A DNA stretch of 64,000 nucleotides from Escherichia coli (GCF_050920415.1 NZ_CP169309.1); one strand, 5' to 3'. Shown: positions 1 through 9,817, counted from the first letter of the stretch. Translations and numbers: made by a program. The notes: a model not told the origin generated them from the letters alone.

Positions 1-1253
1 GCCAGCTTTATCTGTGGCTGTGCCGCCATCGGATCGGAGCCGAACTTATCGCAGCCGGGCAACATTACCCACAGCCGGATCTGGCGTTGTCTCCCGCCGG
101 TTTCAGCGCCAGGGAATCCCTGTTGCCATCTCCCGCCGGAATGCGGGATGGCTACCGGATCTTACAGGACTGGCTCTGTTTCCCTGATGTGCTGTACTTT
201 TTTAATCTCCGCGACGTAGTGGTGCCGGATGGCGTGCTGACCGGCAGTTTTACTCTGCGACTGAATTTTAACCGCCCGTTGCCGGAGGAACTGCACATCA
301 GCCGCGACTCCCTGCGCCTGTACTGCGCCCCGGCGGTGAATCTGTTTGTCCATGACGCCATTCCCTTCGTACCTGACAGCACCCGTCGCGAATATCCGTT
401 GCAGGTCAGCGAAGACTACCCGGATCATTATGATATTTTCAGCGTCAGGGGTATCCGCAACCGGGACAATGGTCCTGAACGCACCGATGGTCTGCGCAAT
501 ATGATGTTATCCCGTGAGCAGAATGTACTCTCCCTGGATAACGATCAGCCGCGCCCGGAATATCATCGCGAGAAGAAAACCATTTACTGGCGGCACCGGA
601 CAAAAACCGCACTGTTACGTGAAACACCGGATCATTTCATTTCGCTGGTTCATTTTGATGGCAGCACGCCAGATGCCTCCCTGATGAGCAGTGAGCCTGT
701 TCTGGTTTCGCTGGTCTGCACCAGTGGTGACAGGCCCTGTTCGCTGGCACCCGGTGATATCTGTGAGGCAGCGGGGCAAAATACCTCCGTGGCGTCATTT
801 TGTAACGTCACCACACCAACAAGACCTGTGCCGCCCGTACCGGATGGCTCCCTGCACTGGTCGCTGCTCAATATTATGACGCTGAACTGGCTGACCATGA
901 ATGACGTGGAAGCCCTGAGGGATATTCTGCGTACGCTGGATCGGCATGGCATTCACAGGCCGCTGACGGCGCGCCTGTCGCCGGAAAAGCTGAACGGACT
1001 GGAGAAACTGGAAACCCTGCCCACCGATCGCCTTTTACGGGGTGTCGTGATACGCGGCCTGTCGTCCACACTGTACGTCAATCCGCAGCCGTTTTCCTGC
1101 GAAGGTGAAATGCACCTGCTGGGAACGGTGCTGTCGCACTTTTTTGCCCTGTACGCCAGCACAAACTCCTGGCATATGCTGACCATGATTAACACAGAAA
1201 CAAAGGAAGCCTGGCGATGGAAGGAAAGAACCGGTCAGTTCCCCCTGATGTAG
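1..1253 (+). CDS. tssF: Type VI secretion baseplate subunit TssF-like, C-terminal part (5' end outside window)
   Basis: Frame-3 ORF open from the window edge to the stop at 1253; overlaps the start of the downstream TssG-like ORF as is typical for tssF-tssG; family assignment from recall, not searched. Confidence 0.5.
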   Translation, partial: QLYLWLCRHRIGAELIAAGQHYPQPDLALSPAGFSARESLLPSPAGMRDGYRILQDWLCFPDVLYFFNLRDVVVPDGVLTGSFTLRLNFNRPLPEELHISRDSLRLYCAPAVNLFVHDAIPFVPDSTRREYPLQVSEDYPDHYDIFSVRGIRNRDNGPERTDGLRNMMLSREQNVLSLDNDQPRPEYHREKKTIYWRHRTKTALLRETPDHFISLVHFDGSTPDASLMSSEPVLVSLVCTSGDRPCSLAPGDICEAAGQNTSVASFCNVTTPTRPVPPVPDGSLHWSLLNIMTLNWLTMNDVEALRDILRTLDRHGIHRPLTARLSPEKLNGLEKLETLPTDRLLRGVVIRGLSSTLYVNPQPFSCEGEMHLLGTVLSHFFALYASTNSWHMLTMINTETKEAWRWKERTGQFPLM

Positions 1254-2281
1254 AAAACGACACGCCCGATAGCGGAAAACGGAATGAGACACAGGCTCTG
1301 CGTGATGCCTGCTACGGCAATTTTTTTGCTGTCACCGATCTGCTGTACCGCAGTCGTGGCGATGCCATTTCACTGAGAACGGAACCGGAGCAGGAAACGG
1401 TTCATTTTCGTGCCAGTCCTGACATCGCGTTTCCCCTGCGGGATATTGAATCGCTGGAAAAAAATACCGCCGATCAGTACGTAATGACCACCCGATTTAT
1501 GGGGTTATCCGGCAGTTCATCACCATTGCCGGGTTACTATCTGGATGAGATGGCCTGGGTGCAGGCACAGGAAGGCGGCAGCACAACGGCGGATTTCCTG
1601 AACCTCTTCACCCACAGGTATACGCAATTTTTGTACCACATCTGGCGAAAATACCGCTGGTATATCAGTTTTCGTAATGGTGGAACGGATAAGATCTCAC
1701 AGCGGATCTATGCGCTTATCGGGCTGGGCAACCCGCGTGTACGGGAACGGCTGGATATCTGCCACAGCAGGCTGCTGGCTTACGCCGGAATATTATCCGG
1801 CCCCGGACGTTCACCGGCAATGATCTGCGATCTGATCGCACACTGTTTTGATCTGCATGATGTCAGACTGGAAAACTGGCAGTTTCGTCGGGTGGCTATT
1901 CCACCTGATCAGCAAACCCGGCTGGGAAGGTGTGAGCCGGATGCCGAAGGGAAGATGCAGGGTAAATCGGTGCTGGGCGTTAATTTTGTTCTCGGCTCGC
2001 GCGTACCGGATTACAGTGGGAAATTTATGTTGTGTATCAGTAACCTGTCACTGCCGCGATATATGGCCTTTTTGCCCGACGGTGAGGAATACCTGGCGCT
2101 GACCACCTTCGTGGCTTTCCTGTTGCGCGATCAGTTTGCCTGGGAGCTGCGGTTAAGTCTTGTGCCAGAGCAAATTGGTGGAATGCGGCTGGGGGATAAG
2201 AGAAGCTCTCAACTGGGGAGAACCAGTTTTATTGGTAAGCCGCCACGCGAACCCTTTGTGACCATACGGGTCAGGGGATAA
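1217..2281 (+). CDS. tssG: Type VI secretion baseplate subunit TssG-like
   Basis: 354-aa ORF overlapping the upstream ORF by 37 nt; contains an FMGLSGSSSPLPGYY motif resembling the conserved TssG FxGLxGxxGPLP signature. Confidence 0.55.
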   Translation: MEGKNRSVPPDVENDTPDSGKRNETQALRDACYGNFFAVTDLLYRSRGDAISLRTEPEQETVHFRASPDIAFPLRDIESLEKNTADQYVMTTRFMGLSGSSSPLPGYYLDEMAWVQAQEGGSTTADFLNLFTHRYTQFLYHIWRKYRWYISFRNGGTDKISQRIYALIGLGNPRVRERLDICHSRLLAYAGILSGPGRSPAMICDLIAHCFDLHDVRLENWQFRRVAIPPDQQTRLGRCEPDAEGKMQGKSVLGVNFVLGSRVPDYSGKFMLCISNLSLPRYMAFLPDGEEYLALTTFVAFLLRDQFAWELRLSLVPEQIGGMRLGDKRSSQLGRTSFIGKPPREPFVTIRVRG

Positions 2282-2616
2282 AGCCTGTACTGGCAATTGT
2301 TCCGGCCTGCGCTTTGCGATCCGTCCTTCCAGAAAATCACTTGCCACCTTTTATGGGTCATTGTATCGTTGCGCCGCGTCTGCAAAATCAGGCGTCGGGA
2401 TTGGTCTCCCGGTTATAACTCGTTGACGGCATATGACATTTCTGTGTCATTTCTGTGCCGTGCGTTCGGCTGCACTTCTATGGTGGGGCCGGGTGGGGGC
2501 GTTGAAAGACGCGCCGGTTCCCAACGAGACCGGTAAGACCAACTCCGTCCGGTTCCACCACCCGTAAGATTGGTCTCTTCAGTGGTGGAAAATATATTCT
2601 CGTTGGAGGCCACATT

Positions 2617-3078
2617 ATGGCTGTTATTTCTGTTCATAAAGACGATTTACTTACCATCCCCTTCAGTGCCGCTACTGATTTCACCGATCTGGCTGCTCAC
2701 TGCGATCGCTTCGCCCAGACCCTGATCGAATGCCACAATCCTGCGCTAAAAATGGCGCTCTGTGGCAGGCTTAATACCTGCCTTGCACTGTTGCGGCCCA
2801 CGCTGAACGAGCCGATCCCGCCGCATCTGATTGACGGTTTTATTACGAATGATTTTCCCGATGTTTCACCCGGTTTTGAACCTGATGCAGAATCACTCTG
2901 CGATTACTGCCTGGCGCTGACACAGATACTGAATGGTCACTCACTGTTACCTGAAACCGAAACCACGCTGACCGGGCTGCTGTGCGAGCTGGTCTGGTAT
3001 TTTGCTGACAGTCTGAAAGCCCCGCACTGGATACGTACCGCTGACGGCGTACAGGTTATCGACGGGAGGCCAGCATGA
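2617..3078 (+). CDS. Hypothetical protein (153 aa), first gene of a two-gene operon with the Ner-like gene
   Basis: ORF with plausible RBS (GGAGG upstream of ATG); stop overlaps start of next ORF (ATGA); no recognisable motif. Confidence 0.5.
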   Translation: MAVISVHKDDLLTIPFSAATDFTDLAAHCDRFAQTLIECHNPALKMALCGRLNTCLALLRPTLNEPIPPHLIDGFITNDFPDVSPGFEPDAESLCDYCLALTQILNGHSLLPETETTLTGLLCELVWYFADSLKAPHWIRTADGVQVIDGRPA

Positions 3079-3329
3079 TGCAGCCGGACTGGCATCCCGC
3101 TGATATTATCGCGGGACTGAGAAAACGGGGGACATCGCTGGCTAAGGTGTCCCGCAGCGCGGGACTGGCGTCCGCCACGCTGGCAAACGCGTTGACCCGT
3201 TCGTGGCCGCGCGGCGAAAAACTCATTGCGGATGCGCTGGAAACATCACCGGAAATTATCTGGCCCTCCAGATATTTCGATAATCAGGGCAACCGCATTG
3301 TAAGACTTATGCGAGAGCGGCGCTCCTGA
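3075..3329 (+). CDS. Ner/Nlp (SfsB)-family HTH DNA-binding protein
   Basis: 84-aa product with DWHPADIIAGLRKRGTSLA...WPSRY, closely resembling recalled Mu Ner / E. coli Nlp(SfsB) proteins. Confidence 0.8.
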   Translation: MMQPDWHPADIIAGLRKRGTSLAKVSRSAGLASATLANALTRSWPRGEKLIADALETSPEIIWPSRYFDNQGNRIVRLMRERRS

Positions 3330-3366
3330 TGGCAGAAGCGTCAGATACAAGGTTACGGTAAAATAT

Positions 3367-3408
3367 CTCCCGGCTCTCTGCCTGCTTCTGCTGGCAGAGA
3401 GCCGGGAG
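3367..3408. terminator. Perfect 16-bp inverted repeat (ctcccggctctctgcc / ggcagagagccgggag) just after the Ner-like gene; terminator-like hairpin without a clear T-run
   Basis: Read directly from sequence. Confidence 0.5.
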
Positions 3409-4219
3409 AAGACAAGCGAAGCGCGGCAGTTTTTCAGTCACGAAGTAAGCAAACAATCTTTTAAACGCAAAAAACGTTTTTTCTTTCTGCGCCAGAAATA
3501 ACGGTGTAATCTCCCTCCTGCACTATGCCTTCGGGCACCCTTTGGCTTCATGGTCTGCAAGAAGCCCCTGATTTATCAGGACGACCAGCCCTTGCTACCG
3601 GTACGACCTCCGCAATACCGGAACGCGAAAGCGTTTGAGGCGAAGTAATTACACACCGGACAGCCCCATCGTCATCGTTTTACCGCAACGGCCTTCACTG
3701 GCTGCAAGGTTTCTCTTTGCCGGAATTTCTCCGGCCTGCTTATCCCCTGCTGATGACCAGCGCCTTTTACATGACGGGCTGCGGCCTGCATTGCCGTCAG
3801 GCTTTGCTGCCGCGTGACCGTTAATCTACCAGACTGTTAATTTTCGAATACTGCACCAGAAACGCAATGTTTACCCCTTGCACCAGACGAGGCGTCACTT
3901 TGATCGCGTCAGCGAAAAAGCAAAGTGACGCCGCACAACTCACCGCCGCAAGCCGCGCCAGTTCTGGCCTGCGCCCTGTTTCCGCCGTCTGACATGCCCT
4001 TTGGGGCCGTTGTCAGCTCAGAGTAAAGGAGAAAAAGATCGATACCGAGGGGGGCACGACGCCCCGGAGACACCCCTGCTTCGTCAGGCAGTCTGTACTG
4101 CGTACAGCCTGAAACTCCCTAAACCTCAACAAACTGCCACTCCGGCGTGAAGGTATCGTTCTGGCGCAGCCAAAAAGCACACGCCGGAGACTGTTTGTTT
4201 TTGTTGTCAGGGGAGAGTC

Positions 4220-5104
4220 ATGAGCAAATTAAGCAGTGAAATGAAGGCGCTGGCGAAGAAAGCGGGCGGCAGCTTCAAAACGGTGAATGATCGTATTCAT
4301 GCCACGAAGCGGTTCAGCCAGCATTTACGCGAACTGAATATCCAGATCCAGCGGGTGGAGCAGATCAAAGTTCGCCATATCGAATGCTACATTCAGGAGC
4401 GGCTGGAGCAGGATATTGGTTTACGCACGCTGCAAAACGAAATGGCGGCGCTGCGCTCCGTACTGAGACTGGCGGGACGCCGACAGGTGGTGGAGCATCC
4501 GCGCCTGACCAATAAGGCGCTGGGGCTGTCAGGCGCTTCGCGCAACGGCACGCGCCGCGCCATTACGCCGGAACATTATGAAAAAGTGATGGAGAGCGCC
4601 CGTGCACAGGATGCGGGGCTGGCGGCAGCGGTGGAGATTGCGCGGCTGATGGGATTACGCTCGCAGGAGGCGGTACAGAGTTCACAGTCGCTGAAAACGT
4701 GGCTGAAAGCCATTTCCCGCGGCGAAACCCGGCTGAAAGTGGTGTTTGGCACCAAAGGCGGGCGTCCACGTTACACAACGATCCTGGACGCTGGTGCAGT
4801 CAGAAAGGCGGTGGAAAACGCGTTACCGATCGCCAGACAGCGCAATGGCAGGCTGATCGACAGGCCTGACCTCAAAACAGCGCTGGAGAGCTGGCACAAA
4901 CAGGCCATTAAGGCGGGACTGAAGGGGGAATTTTCCCCGCACTCACTGCGTTATGCATGGGCACAGGACGCGATCCGTTATTATCTGGCGCAGGGATTCA
5001 GCGAAAAAGAATCCCTGGCGCTGACGGCAACGGATCTGGGCCACGGCGACGGTCGCGGCCGCTGGGTGAAACAGGTGTACGGCTACCGCTGGAAGGAGGA
5101 ATAA
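4220..5104 (+). CDS. Tyrosine-recombinase-like (phage integrase family) protein, atypical, 294 aa
   Basis: HSLRYAWAQD (HxxR-like box), GLRSQE motif and C-terminal Tyr-containing region; strong RBS (GGGGAGAG) before ATG. Confidence 0.55.
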   Translation: MSKLSSEMKALAKKAGGSFKTVNDRIHATKRFSQHLRELNIQIQRVEQIKVRHIECYIQERLEQDIGLRTLQNEMAALRSVLRLAGRRQVVEHPRLTNKALGLSGASRNGTRRAITPEHYEKVMESARAQDAGLAAAVEIARLMGLRSQEAVQSSQSLKTWLKAISRGETRLKVVFGTKGGRPRYTTILDAGAVRKAVENALPIARQRNGRLIDRPDLKTALESWHKQAIKAGLKGEFSPHSLRYAWAQDAIRYYLAQGFSEKESLALTATDLGHGDGRGRWVKQVYGYRWKEE

Positions 5105-6127
5105 CTGAATTCATGAATGGCGCAAAATAGTACGTTATTGTGTAATGACAGCAATCAGTCTGGCGCAGGGACCGGATGAAATAAAACAACCGGATACCTG
5201 CCGTTATCACTTAACAATATAGTGATAATATTGTTACTGTATGGCGAGTAAATATCAATAACCCAGACCTTCCTGCTTCATCAGTGTGTTTTTCTGGAAT
5301 ATTATAGTGATTACCCCTGTAATCACTCGAAACGTTCCCTATTGATAACAGGTGTTTTAATCGTTTTTACCGATACCACAGGACTGGGAAAATGTTAAAA
5401 TGCCAATTCACCAGAATTTCACATTAATTCTGGCGCAGGATTATATCTGAATAATTCTCTCCATGTTTTCCTGCATCCTGTGACATATATTGTATGCTCA
5501 CAGAATGTCTCATGATTTTATAAAAAATGCTGCGACAGTTTTTGACATCATTACCTGCTACATATAGATTAACAATCTTCGGTGCTTCATGTTGTTTTTT
5601 GCACTTTGTGATCATTATCAGGTGGTTAAAATACAATCTGGTGCAGACTGTCATGGCGCATTTCCAAATAAACTGGTTGCGCCAGAAAGGGAAAGGGTCA
5701 TAAAGGTTAAGGGGCAATAAGGGTAACAGCGCCTGACCGGAAAGGGCGGAAAACTAAAGGGCCAGAAACTGGCGCAGTCCTGAGTATTTTAAATCGCAGG
5801 ATGCTGGTGTAGATATCGGCTAATCCGAAATGGTGCAGGATTTTATCTCTGCGTATCTGGTGCGGTTCTTAAAGGTTGCAGGATATATTTTCATGATCAG
5901 GTTGTGGTGCAGATATTTTTGCGTATTAATTGTTTTTTCCGTGAAATTATCGCTTATTGATAGATTTCCACCTGTTTTGATTTGCATGCAAATCAAAACG
6001 GTCAGTTTCCTATTAATAAGGCGTTAATTAATAGGTTTTTACCCAAAATTATTCACTGGTGAATAATTTCGTACTATTTCCAATTAATAATAACAAACAC
6101 AATGGCAATACCTCTCAATACAAAAAA

Positions 6128-6160
6128 GCAGATCCCCGTCAATCAGGATCTGCTTTTCCA
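6128..6160. terminator. Bidirectional rho-independent terminator (gcagatcc...ggatctgc stem flanked by A-run and T-run)
   Basis: Hairpin with flanking A6 and T4; lies about 90 nt downstream of the integrase stop on the minus strand. Confidence 0.6.
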
Positions 6161-6249
6161 TTTTTACAGAATTACATTATTTCTGACTCAGGCAGGCCTG
6201 TGTCACCAGGTATGGCTGATAACGGCTATTTCTGTTGCCATATGGAGCA

Positions 6250-7461
6250 CTATATTGCCCTTACAGTCACAGATGCCTCACTGATCTTCTGCCCCCACCA
6301 ATTCATCAGTTCCACACGCTGAACCAGGTAAACTGCGCGGTTGTAGGCAACACGTGTTGGATTTTCATCAATATGTGACAAAACTGCTTCCACCGCATCC
6401 GGCATAAATCCGGCTTCATGCAGCGCCGTACTGCCCAGCGCGCGGAAACCATGTGAAACCAACTCGCCGCCGTAACCCATCCGCCATAATGCCTTGTTGA
6501 CCGTCTCACTGTGCATTGGCTGGCTGCGTTTAACCCTGCCGGGAAAGACATACAGCGAATGCTCACTTAATGGCTTAAGCTGCGCCAATACCGACATTGC
6601 CTGTGGTGACAGTGGCACCTGGTGCTCACGCTTCATCTTCATGCGTTCAGCCGGGATAGTCCAGAGCCGTTTATCCATATCAATCTCACACCACATCGTT
6701 CCTGCGGCCTCAGCAGGGCGTACCAGGGTCAGGAGTTGCCATTGCAGCAATAACCGCGTCATGGGGCTTAAACAGGTTGTGTGGACCCGCTGCATGAGTT
6801 CCGGCAGACGCTCCGGGCGAATGGTCGGCATATGCTGCTTTTTCGGCTTCACGAATGCTTCATCAATGGTTGACGCCGGGTTTGCATCCAGCAGGCCTGT
6901 ATTAATGGCGAATTTCATGACCTCATTAATTCGCTGCGTCAGCCGGTGCAACGTCTCCAGCGTGCCACGCGCCCGTACAGGCTCCAGGGCGGAAATAAGC
7001 GTGTGCGCTTTCAGTTCTGTCACTGGCATCTGCCCAATGGCCGGGAACACATCGCGCTCCAGCGATCTCCAGATATCGTCTGCATAATCTTCGGAGATTC
7101 TGGTTTTCTTCACCGCGAACCATCTCGTCGCCACATTAATAAACAGGCTCTCCACCGCCAGCCGCTCCCGTTCGGCTTCCTCCTGCTCCAGTTTCTTTGG
7201 GTCAATACCTTTCACAAGCAGGGAAAGCTGTTCGGCGTGTAATGCGCGTGCGCTGGCAAGCGACATGGCAGGATAATGCCCGAGAGTGATGGTGGTTCGC
7301 GCAGTCGAATTTGGCCGTTTGTAACGAAAACGCCAGATCTTTTTACCGCTGGTTCTGACAAACAGGGTCAGCCCCTGCCCGTCAAACAGTTCGTAATCTT
7401 TATCAGAGGGTTTTGCTTTCTGGACTTCGCAAGCTGATAACGGACGGGTAAGAACAGCCAT
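6250..7461 (-). CDS. P4-family site-specific tyrosine integrase
   Basis: 403-aa product with N-terminal DKDYELFDGQGLTLFVRTSGKKIWRFRYK (P4-int signature) and C-terminal catalytic region (HGFRALGST...AYNRA.Y); located immediately downstream of a tRNA operon. Confidence 0.85.
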   Translation of the reverse strand: MAVLTRPLSACEVQKAKPSDKDYELFDGQGLTLFVRTSGKKIWRFRYKRPNSTARTTITLGHYPAMSLASARALHAEQLSLLVKGIDPKKLEQEEAERERLAVESLFINVATRWFAVKKTRISEDYADDIWRSLERDVFPAIGQMPVTELKAHTLISALEPVRARGTLETLHRLTQRINEVMKFAINTGLLDANPASTIDEAFVKPKKQHMPTIRPERLPELMQRVHTTCLSPMTRLLLQWQLLTLVRPAEAAGTMWCEIDMDKRLWTIPAERMKMKREHQVPLSPQAMSVLAQLKPLSEHSLYVFPGRVKRSQPMHSETVNKALWRMGYGGELVSHGFRALGSTALHEAGFMPDAVEAVLSHIDENPTRVAYNRAVYLVQRVELMNWWGQKISEASVTVRAI

Positions 7462-7646
7462 ACAATCACTCCTTAAATGTCAGTTGAAAATGACAGTGAT
7501 TGAGTGGTGCAATATTTTGTTTTCTTGAAGTTTTTTCAGCAGGAAACTGAATATGGGCCTACAAGATTTCCACCGCCAGAAGCATAGGCCCATTCGTAGG
7601 CCCATTTGCTCTGGATTCCCCGAACCCCGGAGAGAAGCATACAGAC

Positions 7647-7682
7647 GAAAAAAAACCGTATCCTGTTGACAGTGATACGGTT
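7647..7682 (-). terminator. Rho-independent terminator of the val-val-val-lys tRNA operon
   Basis: aaccgtatc...gatacggtt hairpin followed on the minus strand by T8. Confidence 0.7.
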
Positions 7683-7726
7683 TTCTTACTTCCCCGGACT
7701 CTATGAGACATCCCAAGAATGTATGT

Positions 7727-7802
7727 TGGTGGGTCGTGCAGGATTCGAACCTGCGACCAATTGATTAAAAGTCAACTGCTCTACCAACTGAGCTAACGAC
7801 CC
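7727..7802 (-). tRNA. lysV: tRNA-Lys (UUU)
   Basis: 76-nt exact match to recalled E. coli tRNA-Lys sequence (reverse complement), ends CCA. Confidence 0.95.
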
Positions 7803-7806
7803 GAAG

Positions 7807-7882
7807 TGGTGGGTGATGACGGGATCGAACCGCCGACCCCCTCCTTGTAAGGGAGGTGCTCTCCCAGCTGAGCTAATCACCC
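7807..7882 (-). tRNA. valY: tRNA-Val (UAC)
   Basis: 76-nt match to recalled tRNA-Val (GGGTGATTAGCTCAGCTGGGAGAGCACCTCCCTTACAAGGAGG...); third of three tandem copies. Confidence 0.95.
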
Positions 7883-7928
7883 ACTTCGGTACTTCACATT
7901 GTTACAAGAAATCTAGCTGGCGAGAAAG

Positions 7929-8004
7929 TGGTGGGTGATGACGGGATCGAACCGCCGACCCCCTCCTTGTAAGGGAGGTGCTCTCCCAGCTGAGCTAATC
8001 ACCC
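7929..8004 (-). tRNA. valX: tRNA-Val (UAC)
   Basis: Identical tandem copy. Confidence 0.95.
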
Positions 8005-8047
8005 ACTTCTCAATTTCTTGCTACACGGCGGAGACTACATAAGTAGT

Positions 8048-8123
8048 TGGTGGGTGATGACGGGATCGAACCGCCGACCCCCTCCTTGTAAGGGAGGTGC
8101 TCTCCCAGCTGAGCTAATCACCC
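8048..8123 (-). tRNA. valU: tRNA-Val (UAC)
   Basis: Identical tandem copy, 5'-most in the operon. Confidence 0.95.
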
Positions 8124-8381
8124 CCGCTGTGTGGAGTCGCATTATAGGGAGAGTTCAAAATGAGTCAACGCATTTTCTAAAGAAATTGTTCGTTCGTCGT
8201 AAATTTAAGCAAGATGATCGCAAAACAGACCGTGTTGCGCAATTTGTCAACGAAAACAATAATGCGTAAGGTTGCAACCCGAACTACATTGAGGAATCAG
8301 GCGGGAGTGATAGAATATCGCCCACTCAATTTTTCCAGGATTTGCCGGTTGTCGGCATCTTTCTAAACGTAAGGCCATTTC

Positions 8382-9797
8382 ATGAAAATCAAAACTCGCT
8401 TCGCGCCAAGCCCAACAGGCTATCTACACGTTGGCGGCGCGCGTACTGCTCTTTACTCCTGGCTTTTTGCACGTAACCACGGCGGTGAGTTCGTGCTGCG
8501 TATTGAAGACACCGATCTTGAGCGTTCCACGCCGGAAGCTATCGAAGCCATTATGGATGGTATGAACTGGCTGAGCCTGGAGTGGGATGAAGGTCCGTAC
8601 TTCCAGACCAAACGTTTTGATCGCTACAACGCGGTGATCGATCAGATGCTGGAAGAGGGCACTGCCTATAAATGCTACTGCTCCAAAGAGCGTCTGGAAG
8701 CGCTGCGTGAAGAGCAAATGGCAAAAGGTGAGAAACCACGTTATGACGGTCGCTGCCGCCACAGTCATGAGCATCACGCTGATGATGAGCCGTGTGTCGT
8801 ACGTTTTGCTAACCCGCAGGAAGGTTCTGTTGTTTTTGACGATCAGATCCGTGGTCCGATCGAGTTCAGCAACCAGGAGCTGGATGATCTGATTATCCGC
8901 CGTACCGATGGTTCCCCAACCTATAACTTCTGTGTGGTTGTCGATGACTGGGATATGGAAATCACCCACGTTATCCGTGGCGAAGACCATATCAACAACA
9001 CACCGCGCCAGATTAACATTCTTAAGGCTCTGAAAGCGCCGGTACCGGTTTACGCGCACGTTTCTATGATCAACGGCGATGACGGTAAAAAACTGTCCAA
9101 ACGTCACGGGGCGGTCAGCGTAATGCAGTATCGTGATGATGGTTATCTGCCTGAAGCACTGCTGAACTATCTGGTGCGTCTGGGCTGGTCCCACGGCGAT
9201 CAGGAAATCTTCACTCGTGAAGAGATGATTAAATACTTCACTCTGAATGCCGTCAGCAAATCTGCCAGTGCGTTCAACACCGACAAGCTGCTGTGGCTGA
9301 ACCATCACTACATTAACGCGCTGCCGCCGGAGTATGTTGCTACTCACTTACAATGGCACATTGAGCAGGAAAATATCGATACCCGTAACGGCCCGCAGCT
9401 GGCTGATCTGGTGAAACTGCTGGGCGAACGCTGCAAGACGCTGAAAGAGATGGCACAGAGCTGCCGTTATTTCTACGAAGATTTTGCTGAGTTCGATGCC
9501 GACGCCGCGAAAAAACATCTGCGTCCGGTAGCGCGTCAGCCGCTGGAAGTGGTTCGTGACAAACTGACTGCGATTACTGACTGGACCGCTGAAAACGTTC
9601 ATCACGCTATTCAGGCGACGGCGGATGAGCTGGAAGTGGGTATGGGTAAAGTTGGTATGCCGCTGCGTGTCGCCGTAACCGGTGCGGGGCAGTCTCCGGC
9701 GCTGGATGTTACCGTTCACGCAATCGGTAAGACCCGCAGTATCGAGCGTATCAACAAAGCGCTGGCTTTTATTGCTGAACGCGAAAATCAGCAGTAA
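8382..9797 (+). CDS. gltX: Glutamate--tRNA ligase
   Basis: 471 aa; class I aaRS HIGH-type motif ([19 protein letters not shown]) and KLSKR (KMSKS) motif. Confidence 0.95.
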   Translation: MKIKTRFAPSPTGYLHVGGARTALYSWLFARNHGGEFVLRIEDTDLERSTPEAIEAIMDGMNWLSLEWDEGPYFQTKRFDRYNAVIDQMLEEGTAYKCYCSKERLEALREEQMAKGEKPRYDGRCRHSHEHHADDEPCVVRFANPQEGSVVFDDQIRGPIEFSNQELDDLIIRRTDGSPTYNFCVVVDDWDMEITHVIRGEDHINNTPRQINILKALKAPVPVYAHVSMINGDDGKKLSKRHGAVSVMQYRDDGYLPEALLNYLVRLGWSHGDQEIFTREEMIKYFTLNAVSKSASAFNTDKLLWLNHHYINALPPEYVATHLQWHIEQENIDTRNGPQLADLVKLLGERCKTLKEMAQSCRYFYEDFAEFDADAAKKHLRPVARQPLEVVRDKLTAITDWTAENVHHAIQATADELEVGMGKVGMPLRVAVTGAGQSPALDVTVHAIGKTRSIERINKALAFIAERENQQ

Positions 9798-9817
9798 TTA
9801 GCGCATAAAAGATAAAC

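Larger units (their letters stand above)
1..7650. mobile_element. Distal part of a genomic island adjacent to the lysV tRNA operon (extends beyond window start)
   Basis: P4-type integrase immediately downstream of lysV, second recombinase-like gene, AT-rich spacer, accessory cargo (T6SS baseplate genes, Ner-like regulator); K-12 as recalled has xapR at this position. Confidence 0.6.

Noticed and set aside
6494-7087. 197-aa ORF on the plus strand inside the integrase gene
   Set aside because: Antisense to the P4-type integrase, which has clear family motifs; Cys/Ser/Arg-rich low-complexity translation.
7807-8123. Regularly spaced ~76-nt repeats with ~45-nt spacers (possible CRISPR-like array)
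   Set aside because: The repeats are three identical tRNA-Val genes with full cloverleaf sequence and CCA ends, not CRISPR repeats; no cas genes nearby.
8424-9347. 307-aa ORF antisense to gltX
   Set aside because: Lies entirely within the well-supported gltX coding region on the opposite strand; no RBS context and an implausible composition. Typical antisense shadow ORF of a GC-balanced gene.
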